NCBI GenBank assembly: GCA_023231475.1 | Contig: JALJEE010001120.1 | Span: 1-64,000, forward strand | Direction: 5' to 3' | Source: Seison nebaliae | Taxonomy: Eukaryota | Length of the DNA: 64,000 nt | Part shown: in pieces, positions 38,977-52,283 of the stretch | Layout: the number at the start of each line of letters is the position of its first letter | How positions within the stretch are numbered: the first letter of the stretch is position 1 | The notes under the pieces: generated by a model | The model's database searches: none | Told to the model about the DNA's origin: nothing | Seen by the model: only the letters and a program-made list of their open reading frames with translations | Program-made: the position numbers and the translations under genes

Positions 38977-40194
38977 TGATTTTCATTCTTTAGCTTCCTC
39001 CGTCGCTTTCTTCTTTGTATTTATCAGATGTTCCTTCTTGACTGATTTTATCATTTTCATCAATTCTCCGTGTAGCCACATGGAATCCTCATCAGAAATC
39101 TTCATCTATTTCCATCAAATTAAAAAAAATATAAATTAATTCAAACTGTAGTTATCTGATAATAGGGTCGATTGAACACGTTCAATCTGGCATGATATTT
39201 TGAGAAAATATCGGAATTCATCGATAATTTTAAAATCGATTGCTTTAAACGGTGAAAAAACCATCAAATTAAAATTTTCTAAATTTAAAAATCTCTAACA
39301 TAAACCGTCGCCGCATAATTTGGTGATCGGACGATATTGTTTGTGAAAATGTTGACAAATAAGAAAATTGGCATTAATAGGAACCATAAAACCGGTGGCA
39401 TAATATTCTCGGTTATTTTCGTCATAACCAGACCGGGAGATGTGGAATAGAAATGAAGATTCTAAAAAATGTAGAAATTTCAATTTTGAAATTAACTTCG
39501 TTTCCCATAGTTTTATTTAATGATATCGATAACGAATCCAACAGGAATTTTGATGATCCATATGGTTCTGTACCGTTTTTATGTTGGATATCGGAAAAGT
39601 TGAAATTTGATCTTAACGCATTTTCCGATGACATGAATATCACTCGAGTGTCATTTGTCTCATTTCTCAACATCTTCATCAATCCCTCCACCAAATACAA
39701 ATGACCGAAAACATTCGTAGCAAAAATTCCCTGCAAATTGTCTGAAGTGACGAAATCTTTTTGTCTCAAATATCCATCACCTGATAAACATCGATACATC
39801 AATGTCCCATCAACGAAACTTTTCAGAACTGCTCCCACATTAATTCCATCAACTGGCATAATTCCTGCATTCAGAATCAGATTATCGATTCTCTCATATT
39901 TCTCTTTGATCCGTCCAACACATTCTTCCACCGACCGTAAATTACTTGTGTCTAATTCAACGAATTCCAATACATTTCCCTCACTCACTTCACTCGATAA
40001 GTCATCGATGATTTTCAACGTTTTCTTTTCATTCCGACAAGCCAGACAGACGATCTGTCTCCTCTCCTTATTTCCAATAAGAAGTTTCACAATCGCCAAT
40101 CCAATGCCACTAGAACGAACATTTTAAAAAAAAGCCGGTAAATTCAATTTAAAAAAAACCTAGAAGCACCCGTAATAATCGTGACATTCGACAT
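38969..40194 (-). CDS. HSD17B7: 3-keto-steroid reductase / 17-beta-hydroxysteroid dehydrogenase 7 (SDR), 5 exons
   Basis: MSNVTIITGASSGIGLAI, CLACRN, LILNAGIMP, LQGIFATNVFGH, DIQHKNGTEPYGSSK and PGLVMT; four short introns; stop at 38969-38971. Confidence 0.9.
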
Positions 40195-40384
40195 TTTATG
40201 GTCCCAGTGAAAAAAAATTTTCCCTATTTTTTCAATTTATCATCCGTCTAACTTACAATTATCGTCATTTAACTACTTGGCTCATTTTCGATGGTGATCA
40301 ATTTCACTGATCAATAATTGTAAAATCAATAATCCATTAATTATGATACATACATGAAACATGATAATTGGAAAAACTTGAAAA

Positions 40385-40515
40385 AATGAGAAATTTAGAA
40401 CAAAAAACAAATTAGAAACTTCAAAAAACAAATTAGAAACTTCAAAAAACAAATGAGAAATTTCAAAAAGAAATTGAGAAATTTAAAAAGAAATTTAGAA
40501 ATTTAAAAAGAAAAC
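40385..40515. repeat. ~20-21-bp tandem repeat (aaattagaaacttcaaaaaac)n in the divergent HSD17B7/IR intergenic region
   Basis: About 6 degenerate copies seen directly. Confidence 0.75.
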
Positions 40516-40768
40516 CATGAAAATATTTCAGTGTTCGATATTAGATATTAAGTTCATTAATATTGAAAGAAATTAACCGGAAATATTAAGTTAATGAGAA
40601 CTTTATGTCATGATCTAATTAAAATTGTTTGATTATTGACATAAAGTTTGATGTCAATAAAATTCCATGTTTTACAAATATCATTTTATCAGTCACGCAT
40701 CTCATTTTGCAATGAGCAACATTTGAACTAGAGTAAGGGAGAATGTTCATTTCCATCAAACGGAATCA

Positions 40769-43700
40769 ATGAAGATAATTCTTCTCCAATTATTATTTCT
40801 CTCTCTCAACTGTTGGGTACGATGTGGGAAATATCAGGAAATGTCCGAATTAGATATCGGTTTGAATTGATTGAGAAAGGAAAAAAAACTAAAGATTTTC
40901 AGTTGTTCTATTCGATACGAATTTTGAAGTGAATGATGCTGTTCATAATTTCATGGACGAATCGACGAACGTCGTCTTCCGAGATGTTCTTTTTGTTAAT
41001 TTGAAATTTCTCACAAAATCCACAAGTTAATTTCATTATATCCCAATCTCACAAATCCAATTCACAATCCTTCACTAAACTTCACTGAATTTCACTAAAT
41101 CTCACGGAATTTCAGTTTTTTTCTCGACGATTAAAGAAGAGATCAAATATATGATCGATCTTCGCAAATCGATTACGGGCGACATTCGAGAGGAATGTGA
41201 ATTTTCCAAAACCGAATTTCCCAATTTGCAATTTCGTCTTTTGCCAACCATTTACGCGACAACAATTCGAGAGAAATGTGATAATTTAATTCTTCTTCAC
41301 GTTACAAATTGGACTTAATTTTTCCTAATTTAATTACGACATTTTAAAATTTCTCATTAAAAGATCACGGCGAAGAGTTTCGTTTATCATTACAAGAAAT
41401 TAGTTCAAAATTTATTTACGACCAATCAATATAATTTGAAAGAGTTCCTCATTAATTTTCCTGATGAATTCAATTGCTGTTCTTCTTCGAAAGAGCCTTA
41501 CCGAAAAACCATATGCAATATAATGATGTTCTGTTGAGCAAATTCCAAACTCTCATTTATGACAATACTCATCGTTAAAATTTTCGTTTTTGAAAAAAAT
41601 GTTATGAAAAATAATAAAATAGACGAATTGATAAGAGAAATGTCGAATGGAAATGAAAGAAAACCATCGAATTATTTTTATTTGAATATCGACGATATTA
41701 ATCATCAATCTGATTTCCTTAACAAAATTCATGAGCTCCAAGGCAATTATACAAAGATGACGGAAGAAATCTCTTTAACATCGACAGATTTGTGCAGGAA
41801 ACGAGTCATTCATCTCAACGTCATCACAGCGACGACAATCGCGAAATTAGATCGAATTATTTTACCATCTCTCATTTATTTATCGACAAATCGCACCGGT
41901 TTCATTCGATCGTCTACCGGCGAAGTTCAATATCTCCTTGCTGATGGATTGACGACGATCGATATAAATTTCCATCGGAATCAATCGCAAGACATTATCG
42001 TCCACAATCCATTGGACATTTCATTGAATTTTCAATTTTATTCATTCGTTGCCATCTTCAATACCCTCTTCTGATTGTCATTTTTTTCAGGATTATCTCA
42101 TCGATAATGTGACGGAGGATCGATTGGAACGGAAACTGAAATATTTCCGTGAATTATTATCGTCGAATTCGAAGGAGGTTCTCTCACAATTGGCGTCGAA
42201 AGACTTCCGAGAGAAACATGAATTATTATTAGAGAAAGAATATCTCATATATTTCACTTATCAATCGCTCATTACGGAAAAAGATGATTTATTAAAAAGA
42301 ATAATTAGCAATACAGAATTGTTCAATATGAAATTATATGATCGAAAATTTTTATTTGTTAAATATTTTCAAATTTCAACTTAAAAATTTTCAAATTTCT
42401 TTTTCAACCGTCTCAATTCCAGTTACATGAATTGTTCAAATGTATCGCATATGTTCGACGACAGAAGATTTATGATTTTAAGAAGAAAGATATCCATCCC
42501 AATAATTCCATCAGGAATTTAGTTATTCATTTTTTCTCTCCAATTTCTTTTTCATTCCATATCAGTTAGACATATTTCTCGTGGCACCGAAAATGAAAAG
42601 AATTATCCAATTTACTGGTTTGCCAGCACTCGGTACGTGGTATCGTGTGGACGATAAAGTACATGGTGATTATTTGAAAGTTTTGTCATTTTGAAAATCG
42701 AATAAATTTTAAAAATTTAGAATCCGTTTCTGACAAATCAACAAAGAAATATCATTCCCGTAAATATTGTTGTGGTTGGTGAAGAACTTATTTGTAGGAG
42801 AAAATGAAGAAATTAATTTCAGTCGGAACCATTCATCTTTAAGAATGAGTATGGAAGTCGAGAAGAATATCTGAGACTTCTACGTCTGAATAAGAAACGA
42901 TATTTAGCTTTGGAAACGGCGGGAGTGAAAGTCGGTCGTATTCTTAAAGTACGACGAGAATGTATGAGTGAGTCTAGCGGGAAATATGTGAATCGAATAG
43001 GTGACGAATATTTCGGATATGTCATCGATATGATGTTACATTTGGCGGATCGGATGAATTTAGTTTTCGACGTTTGTGAACCATATGATGGAACGTTCGG
43101 TATCCTCAGTCCCGACAACAAATGGAACGGGGCCTTACGAACCATGATGGATGGAGTTATTATCATATTAAATTTCAAAATTTTAAAAACATTTAAAAAT
43201 TTTTTTTATTTTTTTAGAAAATCGATTTAATTTTAACCGATCTAACGAGAACGGCTGATCGAGCACGTGTCATCGATTATACGGCGGAATTCTTCCCACA
43301 TTCCGGAATTAGTCTCGTCTGGAGCGGTAACAATAATAAAGAAACGTTATTCAATTTTGTTAAAGGTTTTCAATTTCCATCAATATGGTATTGAATGAAA
43401 TCTATTTTTTAGTGTTCGATGGATATGTCTGGTTATATATCGGTCTAGCCATCATGTTATCGTCAGTGATAACCTGGTTTTTCGAATACTTCTCTCCACA
43501 TGCCGAATATAAAGAGAAGTTAAGAAAGAATTCTTTATCAAGTCTGTCGGAAATGGGAAATGAGAGAAATAAAGATCCGGAAATCGAACGTATTCCAATC
43601 GATAACGATTTCACTTTAGTCGAGAGTTTATGGTCAATTTTGGGTAGTTTCCTATTAACTGGTTCTCATTTCAATTTCCATAAAATTTTCATTGTTCCTA

Positions 43701-44946
43701 AAAAAATTCCTCATTCAATAGAAGGACTACAAAGAATTCTCTCGCCCAGCACTCTCGTTTACATGACCTTCTTCTGGTTCTTTACGGCGATTGTCGTATC
43801 GACTTATCAAGCGAATTTAGCCGCTCGATTAACCGTTTCTCGTCTCCAACAAGAGTATACGATTGACGAAATGATACAAATGCCAAATAAGAAGTTTTTT
43901 GTTGAAAGTTTTCAAAAATTAATTTTTATTGAACATACGTTTATATATATAATATATTAATTGTATTAAATATTTCTCTATTTCAGATAATAGTGTGGTT
44001 CTTCAATATTTCGAAAATATGAAGAGTATTGAGGAACTCTTCACCGGTCATTGGCAACAGAAAACGATGTATAACGAAGATGATGATACGAACGGCTTCT
44101 CCACATGGACTTATCCTTTAAGGAAACATTTCACTGTCATATTCAACGGACGATTAAGTTTTATTTTTTGAATTTAAAAAATTTCGAACTCGAATTGAAG
44201 ATCGTATTAAAACTGTTGCGGAAGTCGTAGAAATAGTTAAGCGGAATAAGAATGCTGCTGGATTTATGGAGACTGCTTTCGTCGAATATCAAAGGAATAA
44301 AGATTGCGCTCTCACCACACTCAAAGAACAGTTTAGTGTGAAAACATATGGATTTGGAGTACGACAAGGAGTTTATCTCGAAGATGATTCTCTATTGAAT
44401 AGCATATCATTTAGGTCTCATTCTACATTTCATTAATTAACAACTATTTATAATTATTTAAAAATTTGAAATTTTCAATTTTTAAAGATTGAGACAAATG
44501 CAGGAGAATAAAACGTTGACGGAATTAAAGGAATTTTGGTGGTCGTTCGATACGGAGAGTAGTTGTAAATCCGAAAACACCAAATGGACATTTGGTATAA
44601 TGAACAATAAAGAGAATTCAGAGAATTCGATTGACATCAACGTTTTTTTTTTTCATTTTATACTTTTCTCATATAATTTTTAAAGACGATCGGAGGCACT
44701 TTCATTCTGTTGGCGGGTGGTATTATTTTAGCGTTTGTCGTCTGTATTATTCAATGGTGTTCATTCAACATTTCTAATCGATTTCGTATAAATCATATCG
44801 GTTGTTGGCGGAATATGGCTGTGAATTTTATGACGAAAATGAGAAAGTTTAGCAGTGTCTCCAACCATACGACGGAAATGCCGGTTGATGTAATTGATGG
44901 TTTTCGAAAGGACAAAGACGAATATTTAGATTCGACTACTTTCTAA
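40769..44946 (+). CDS. ionotropic glutamate receptor family, IR25a/IR8a co-receptor-like, multi-exon
   Basis: Signal peptide MKIILLQLLFLSLNC; S1 SEPFIF...YFGYVIDMM..LAD..DGTFG...KWNG...DLTRTADRARVIDYT; M1 WFFEYFSP; M3 STYQANLAARLTVSRL; CREL-like YFENMKSIEELF..W....WTYP; M4 IGGTFILLAGG. Exon structure of the N-terminal domain is only partly resolved. Confidence 0.85.
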
Positions 44947-45924
44947 AATTCTTTCATTATTTTTTTAGTCTTATTCTATCACATTTTATCCAATACAAAT
45001 CAAATTAGAATTATTCTAAATTTTTATATATATTTAAAGTCTCAACAAAATTTCGATAAAATTTTTTATATTCAAAATTCTTCAATAGAACAACTATAAA
45101 GAATTCTCTCGCGCAGCACTTTCGTGCTGTCTGTCGTTTCTGCACATAATTCCATCATCTGATGAATGTGAAGAAATTCTCTGAAGAAAAATGTGTAGCA
45201 GAAAGAGATTAAGTAGTAAAATCGGGATTTTGTGCAAAATGGAGAATTGAAATTGTGAACTTTATCAGAAATTTTATTTGAACTGAAAAAAATGAAATTT
45301 ATTTATCAATAATTTCCACCATAATCGACAAAGACATAAAACAGGAACTTGATTGGGAAAACTAGTTAGGTAGTTGCAACTACCATGGTTGTGAGTGGTG
45401 GGAAAATTTTGGTTTATTTCTGTGGAGGATAGAAATGACATTGGAAGATTGACAGAAAATTAAAGGAAGGATCACCCGTCTAACAAAAATTGTAAGTTAA
45501 ATTTGATGGAGTCGAATGTTCGCCGACTATTACTCTTTTAATTATTTGGATACAATGAAAGGTTGCTTTCGTTGCGAAGAGTTAAGAAATTAATAGATTA
45601 AAGATCTTTACACACTAATTACTTTAACGATTTTATTAAGAACGAAAATTGTGCGATGAAAGGGCTGAGAAAGTAAATCCAATAATATAAGTAGGAATTA
45701 GAGATGATACGTGATATAATTATTCAGTATATGTTTGTTTACGTATGTTATCTTATCGATTTTTGATTGATGATGGAAAGAAACTTTCTTCATTATTGCT
45801 TATTCGCGTCTGTTATCCCTTTAATTATTTAGGTGATTCGAATAAAAAGAGTTTCTTTCCTCCGTTGCCAGGGTAACTTCAATTTCAATTAGATCAAATT
45901 TATTGAAGAGTAAACAAGTCGAAC

Positions 45925-47268
45925 ATGTCAAGAAGGCAAAATATCATTTGGATTATTTTAAATGGCATTAGAAAAATGAAAAACTTTCAACGGTTCATTC
46001 CTCTTCTTCTGCTCCTTTTCCAGGTGAATGTCAGAGGAAGTATTGTTGAAGTATCTTTCAATTCCAACAATTGTCAAGTGAAAAACGATGATTCAACTTA
46101 TGATATCTACACCTACGATTTCATCGATTCTCTTTGTTATTTCTCTCTTTCGTTCATTCATTTCATTCACTATCCTTTATACAAACAGATTATAACGGGA
46201 AATGTAACGCTGAACCTCCCACCACTACTACGACTACCACAACAACTACCACCACAACCACAACTACTACCACAACGACCACTACCACCACCGTCACCAC
46301 CACCACCGTCACCACCACCACAACAACGACGAATAACGAAACGCTGGCACCGTACACAGGACCTAGCACCACCACCTTAACCACCACAACGACTACCATT
46401 ACCACCACCACAACAACTACCACCACTACAACTACCGCCACTACAACTACCACCACCACCACCATAACTACCACCACCACAACCACCACCACAACCACCA
46501 CCACCACTACAACTACTACAACTACTACGACGGGAACAACGACCGAATTCCCTTCGACCTATGTGGAGATTCCTTCATCTCACGCTTTCTTTCACGTACC
46601 ACAATCCATTGCATATTATCAACTATCGGAATCGACTTGTAGTATTTACCGTTACAAATTCGAATTAAGAGATGGATTGCCCATAAGGACATTTGACAAC
46701 ATCTCATCAATCGAATGTGGAGACAGTTTGAATTTTTTTTAATTTGGTTTTTGAAAATTTTAATTAAATTATTTGATTTTATTTTTTTCTTTTGAAAATT
46801 CTAATTAAATTATTTTATTTTAAAACAACTTTCGGCGGTTTTAATTTGATTTTGAATTTTTCAGGTTTATTATCGGCCGAAACGTCTAAGAAGATTTTGG
46901 AAAGTCGAAAGTTAGTGCTGCAGGATATGCTCGAGCATATCGTTGATGAGCAGCAGAATGTTCTGGAGAAATTGAACGTGGAATATGCGACGGAAATACG
47001 TCTATCGAAATCGATGGGATATGTCGCTTACGCTTTCTTCGCTTGCATATTAGTCATGATCGTCGTGCTAGATCTCAATTTCGAGGTCATATTCACTATG
47101 ATCAATTTGTTTAGGAGCTTTCAGAAGAAGAAGAAGAATGAGAAATCGATTAATATAGAGAGTAAAGCGAAAGTGATGATGACGAAAGTGAAGCAGGTTG
47201 ATGTGGATCAGTTACTCTCTATAGAAATGGAAATGTTTCGCTCCTATTCGAAAAGTTCGGTAAAGTAA
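45925..47268 (+). CDS. Thr-rich mucin-like type I membrane protein, 3 exons
   Basis: Signal peptide FIPLLLLLFQVNVRG (start may be 45976). Introns ~46136-46188 and ~46727-46864 join a short Cys domain, two poly-Thr tracts, a Cys pair, a coiled segment, TM YVAYAFFACILVMIVVL and a basic tail. Confidence 0.75.
46220..46545 (+). repeat. (ACN)n coding repeat giving poly-Thr
   Basis: Mixed ACT/ACC/ACA/ACG codons, consistent with selection on Thr rather than pure slippage. Confidence 0.9.
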
Positions 47269-47518
47269 CAATTATTCGAAATGATTTTGAAACGAATCAA
47301 TATAAAAATTTTATTTGCTACATATCACAAATTCTCTTTTTCTCTCCAATTCCATGGGGATTTCATTTGTCTATCGATTTTTTTCCTCGTCAAATGCAGT
47401 ACATTTCCCTTTCACTCAATTTTCATTTTTTCTCTTATATTCTTCTCGCTTGCATAAAAATAAAAGTTTCTTCTCCCATTTCCTACATCATCTGACTTCT
47501 CTTTAATAAAAATTTAAA

Positions 47519-48266
47519 ATGTCGAAAGTGCGACAACGGAAAGTCGTCAGTGATCGACCACAATATTCTCCGTTATTGTCACGTGACGGTACGGAAGGAA
47601 AACAATCAACGACACCGGATGTGGAAGATGCTCTGCCGTTTGGTGGGAAAGTGTTTTTAGCACGACAGAAGAAACCGGATTCCTGGTTCATATTCTCTTT
47701 GGAGGTTATTCTTCATTGAATAGAATAATTTAAATTAATGATTTGTTTAGATGTGCACGGTGGCGTTGGGAATTGGTATGTTGTTGTACGCCTATTATTA
47801 TTTCGATCATTTACATTATAACGTGAATCGATTCTATGCACATTTGGGATACCCACAAGCACAGCACGTGGTCGGTCACAAATTGTTGCACGGTTAGCTA
47901 TTGTTTTCGAATGTCTTGTACGAGATTTGATGAAGGAATCGGAGTGGAGAAACATACGGATAATGCGATGTACTGGTTTTCTCAAGCAGCTAAACAGGGT
48001 CATCCACACGCGTCCTACAACTTGGCGATTGGCCATTTGAAGGGAATGCATCAATTGGCGAAAGGGTAAGTTTTCATTATACGATTTGTACTAACAGATA
48101 TTGTGAATGTAAATAAGAATCGAATGTCTCTATTCCGTTCGTTATCCACTCCATCTAATTGTTTTTTAGGGAAGTGCGTCGATTAATAGAACATGCTGCC
48201 GAGAATGGAGTCCGTGAAGCGCATCATATGAAGAATGAAGTCTGCCTTCATGGCGGTTGTGATTGA
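47519..48266 (+). CDS. small membrane-anchored Sel1-like repeat protein, 4 exons
   Basis: TM (VALGIGMLLYAYYYF), then AQHVVGHKLLHGIGVEKHTDNAMYWFSQAAKQGHPHASYNLAIGHLKG and AAENGVREA. Confidence 0.8.
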
Positions 48267-48924
48267 AGAACGATGAAAGAATAATTATGAGATGGATTAC
48301 AATAATAGATTGACGAACTAATAAAAAGAAGAATGGACTGATATTCTATCGATTTGTAACGAGAGTAAGAGAATCTTTTTCTTTATTTGCCTTTCAAATC
48401 ATTTGCACCTTCATTTCTTTCATCAATAATGAATGACGTTTTGAAAATTCTCTAACAATCTTCTTCTCCCAATCTAATGTTCATACATGTGTCAGACATA
48501 GATATTCTTCCCAACGGACAATCGTCTAAAAGAGGAAGATAACGGGAAATATGAGTTAAGCAATTTCGTTGATAGTTCAATTTGTAGGAATGGACGCGGG
48601 GTTGGGCAGTGACTGGCAACATATCAATCTTACGTCTATATCATTTCCTTTTATCTATCTATCTATCTATCAATTTGGAAAATGGCTGTGCTGAATGTAA
48701 CTGCTGGTCGAGATGGAATGATGATAAAATGTGAATCTCGTATGTATCAGTGTTATGGGGTTTGGTGCTAGGATAATTCTTTTCATTCTTTCCCACCACT
48801 CGAAGTCCAACCTACCATCCATCTAGATGAATTATTATACGGAGTGGTATGATTATGTAATACATAATTACTTTTCAATCTATTTTATTATGTTCCCGTT
48901 CCTACTCTATTAAAGAAAACAGTA

Positions 48925-48960
48925 GAAGAAATAGAAGAAGAAGAAGAAGAAGAAGAAAGA
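48925..48960. repeat. (GAA)n microsatellite
   Basis: seen directly. Confidence 0.8.
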
Positions 48961-49198
48961 AGGAGGAAGGAAGGGAGGAGAAGGCCATTGCACTGTATGT
49001 GCAAGTAGGAAGGATAGGTGGAAAAGAAGAATCTAATTTGGCATATAGAGAATTGATATTGTTTTTGGTGCATTCTATTTATTCTTCTCTTATCTTTTCC
49101 TTCCGATTATTTATTTCCGTGTATATACTCTCGTCTTCATATCAAACGGAAGACGATCCCTTCTAGAATTATGAGGAGAGTTGGAGCAATCTTCTGAA

Positions 49199-50252
49199 AT
49201 GTCTGGAAATAATCGTGATCTAACTGCCAGCTTTTCTAACGAAATTGATGTTCACAATGTCAAAATTACTAATTCAGCCGATATCACAATTAATCTTGAT
49301 GAAACTATCGACTACTCTAAAATTAATTTTGAGGATGATCAACAATCCAAATCCCAACTACGACCATTTATTCCATCGACGACCAACAACCCCCTCACTT
49401 CCTCATCATCGCCATCCCCTCAACAACAACAACAACAACAACAACAGCAATTGGGATTTTCGAGAATAGAACGTCGAAAAACTGTCAATTTCCCATCAAA
49501 AAACAAAAAGAATAAACATGAAATTGTTAGAACGAACAGTCTCACATCGCCCAGAGCGGCTCTTATGCGCATCAAACAAAAATCCGACGCAACGGTTTTT
49601 CCTTCTATTATTATTATTATTATAAGCTCAATTGAATTTTAGTCATCAGAATTCGAAAAATTCGATTTTAATACGGAAGAAATCGCTGTTTTCCGGGACA
49701 CATTCTCCATGTTCGACCACGACGGAAACGGTTTCATTACGAGAGAAGAATTCCAAACAGTTCTCACATCATTTGGCCTTTATATGACGGATTATGCCGT
49801 ATCTAAAATGGTTGCTACGATCGACAAAGATGGTTCGTTTGTTTTTTATGCGTTTTTAAGAGGTGAACGAACAAAATCATTTTTTAGGTGATGGTTGTGT
49901 GAATTTTGATGAATTTGTTTTGATGATGGCGAAGAATCGACTCTTCCTCACCAAAGACGAAGAGGTGCATGAAATAAAAGAAATTTTTAAAATTTTCGAT
50001 TCGAATGAGGATGGATTTATCGAATACGACGATATTTCTGTGATTTTTCGTAAACTCGGTGAATATTTGAGTTCCGTTAGTTTCCTTCCTCCCCATTCTC
50101 ACACTCACCTATGATATCTCCAGGATGACATAAAGAATATGATTAAAGAAACAGACAGTGACGGCGATGGGAAGATAACGTTTGAAGGTTGTTTCATTTC
50201 ATTCATATCACGAACTGATATTTTTCCAGATTTCCAATCAATGCTCCATTGA
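49199..50252 (+). CDS. calmodulin-like 4-EF-hand protein with N-terminal low-complexity/poly-Q extension, 5 exons
   Basis: EF loops DHDGNGFITREE, DKDGDGCVNFDE, DSNEDGFIEYDD and DSDGDGKITFED; ends FQSMLH* at 50250-50252. Confidence 0.88.
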
Positions 50253-52283
50253 ATGACGGATGTGGAGTTGAGTGACGTTTGAGATAATTTCTTCAAATCT
50301 ATTTTCGTAAATCGTAAAGTATTCGTGAAAGTTTACATTCGCAACAAAATATGAACGAAGTAGTTCAACGGTGATATTTCTTTTTGAGTTTGACTTGATC
50401 AATTCGTTAAAATAATAATCGTTCATCGAATATTGGTAATTTTCAAATGATTTCGACTGATAATTAATCGCTTTCTCATAGGAATTCGATTCTTTAAATA
50501 GATAACGATTAAAATCATCTTGTATAATTTCTTGAAATTCTTTTATTAAACCATATCGATTATTACCAAATAAATCACTCAATTTTATCAATATCTCGTA
50601 CCGCAACTGATCCAACTGTTTTGGATGAGAATATAACAGACAAAACACGTTCGGGTATAAGTGGTACTCGTATGCGGTCGAATAGAACGAGTTGGTAAGT
50701 ATTTGCATCATTCTCCTCTTCTTGTCCAGAATGTAGCGTATATTACAAATATTTAAGATGAATTTGTTCAATTTCTTGAAATAATCTAATCGATTCTCGT
50801 AATGGATCGTCCGGTTATCTCTTAATTCTATTATTATTCTCTTATTCGGATAATCCATTTCCATCTCAATAAATCTTTCTTTCACCATTTTATATGTTTC
50901 AATGTCAGCGCTTGAAGAAAAATTTTAAAAACAGTTTTTAAAAAACTTGAAGGAAACTTGAAAAAAATTGAAGAAAAATTGAAGAAAAATTGAAGAAAAA
51001 TTGAAAAAAAAATTGAGAAAAAATTGGAAAAAAATTGAAGAAAAGTTGAAGGAAAAAGTTGAAAAAGATTGAAAATTTGAAAGAACAAAATAGGTGTAAA
51101 AATTTACGAACCTTATCCAATCTTTCAGCAACATGTTATCGGCTGGTGTTAGATTAGTGTCGTATTTGAATGATTTTCTTCTTTGGTTGTGGGCAATGTA
51201 AGTGAGATCCATAATATCCAAGTTCAGTTTGTCGCCCGTCATCAGCAGTGACTTGTCATACTGTTCAACCATTCCAATAAAATTATAATCGTGAAGAAGT
51301 TTATTTAAGAGTTGTCGAAATTTTTTCCCATCTGGTTCATGAGCGAAATAGATTGATGAATAATATTTCCTGTCTGCAGCAAATGTAAGAAAATTGTTAC
51401 GAAGATAAATATTCAACGCTTTATTGTTAGATGATTTCCAAACTGCGTATTTATTCGATTTCTTATAATCGATCGATCGTACCTTATTAAGAATTTGTGA
51501 AAATTTTGAAATCTTCATTCCAGAAATGACACGTTGATTGAAGTTATACATTGAGATTGTGGCTGATATCGGTTCGCGGATCATCGTTATCGAACTGATT
51601 CCAGAGCAATGTAATTTTTTCGTCATTTCATTATGTACGTCATCCATACCGTTGGTGGGTAGTCGAAGATGGTTTGAAAATATTTGGACTGACGACTTGT
51701 TAAATTCCAAAAACCTTATTTGACGTTTGGTGAAAAAAGAGACACTTCTTTCAATCAGTTCATTACATAATTGAATTTGTTTTTCAAGATATTTGACATC
51801 GTTTAAACATTTCTTCCGATTGCCACACAGATTCCCAAATTGTGGAGAATAATGTCTTCTTTTGAATTTGGAGAAGTTTTTTTTCATTCGTGATAACAAA
51901 CTACGAAAATTCGTACGAATCGATTGCAGATTATTCATTTGATTCATGTCGATGCGATTGATGAATAATCGATATTCATAATTCAATGACAATCTCGCCA
52001 ATATTGAGAGTAGAGTGGTTCCTCCAGTTTTGTGAGTCTTTTGAAAATGAATACATGAAATGTTGTTAGGACCATCAATTAACGCTGAGAAGATTGGGGA
52101 ATTACGAAAATATTTATCTTGAAAAAAAAATGGAAAGTTTTAGAATTCGAAAAATAAAATTAAACTATCTACAATCTCAATCCCCACATAAACAAATAAG
52201 AACAATATTCCTATGATTTTTACGAGCCTCTTTTGAATCGGTAATCTGGTAAGAGAATTAAAAAATTTGCGCAAAATCTTCAT
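50238..52283 (-). CDS. galactose-3-O-sulfotransferase-like type II membrane protein, 3 exons
   Basis: N-terminal TM IIGILFLFVYVGI; PAPS motif HFQKTHKTGGTTL; MIREPISATISMYNF; IGMVEQYDKSL; W..ADIETY; C-terminal extension. Confidence 0.8.
50955..51082. repeat. 11-bp (aaaaattgaag)n tandem repeat in a sulfotransferase intron
   Basis: Seen directly; it explains the Phe-rich spurious ORFs. Confidence 0.8.

Noticed and set aside
40385..40515. Regularly spaced repeats as a CRISPR-like array
   Set aside because: Head-to-tail minisatellite without unique spacers, in a eukaryotic context with no cas genes
46190..46507. Poly-Val ORF on the minus strand and Pro/Gln-rich frame on the plus strand
   Set aside because: Shadow frames of the poly-Thr coding repeat
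50882..51120. Phe-rich ORFs and the Phe-rich tail of the 358-aa ORF
   Set aside because: Read-through into an intron made of an 11-bp repeat
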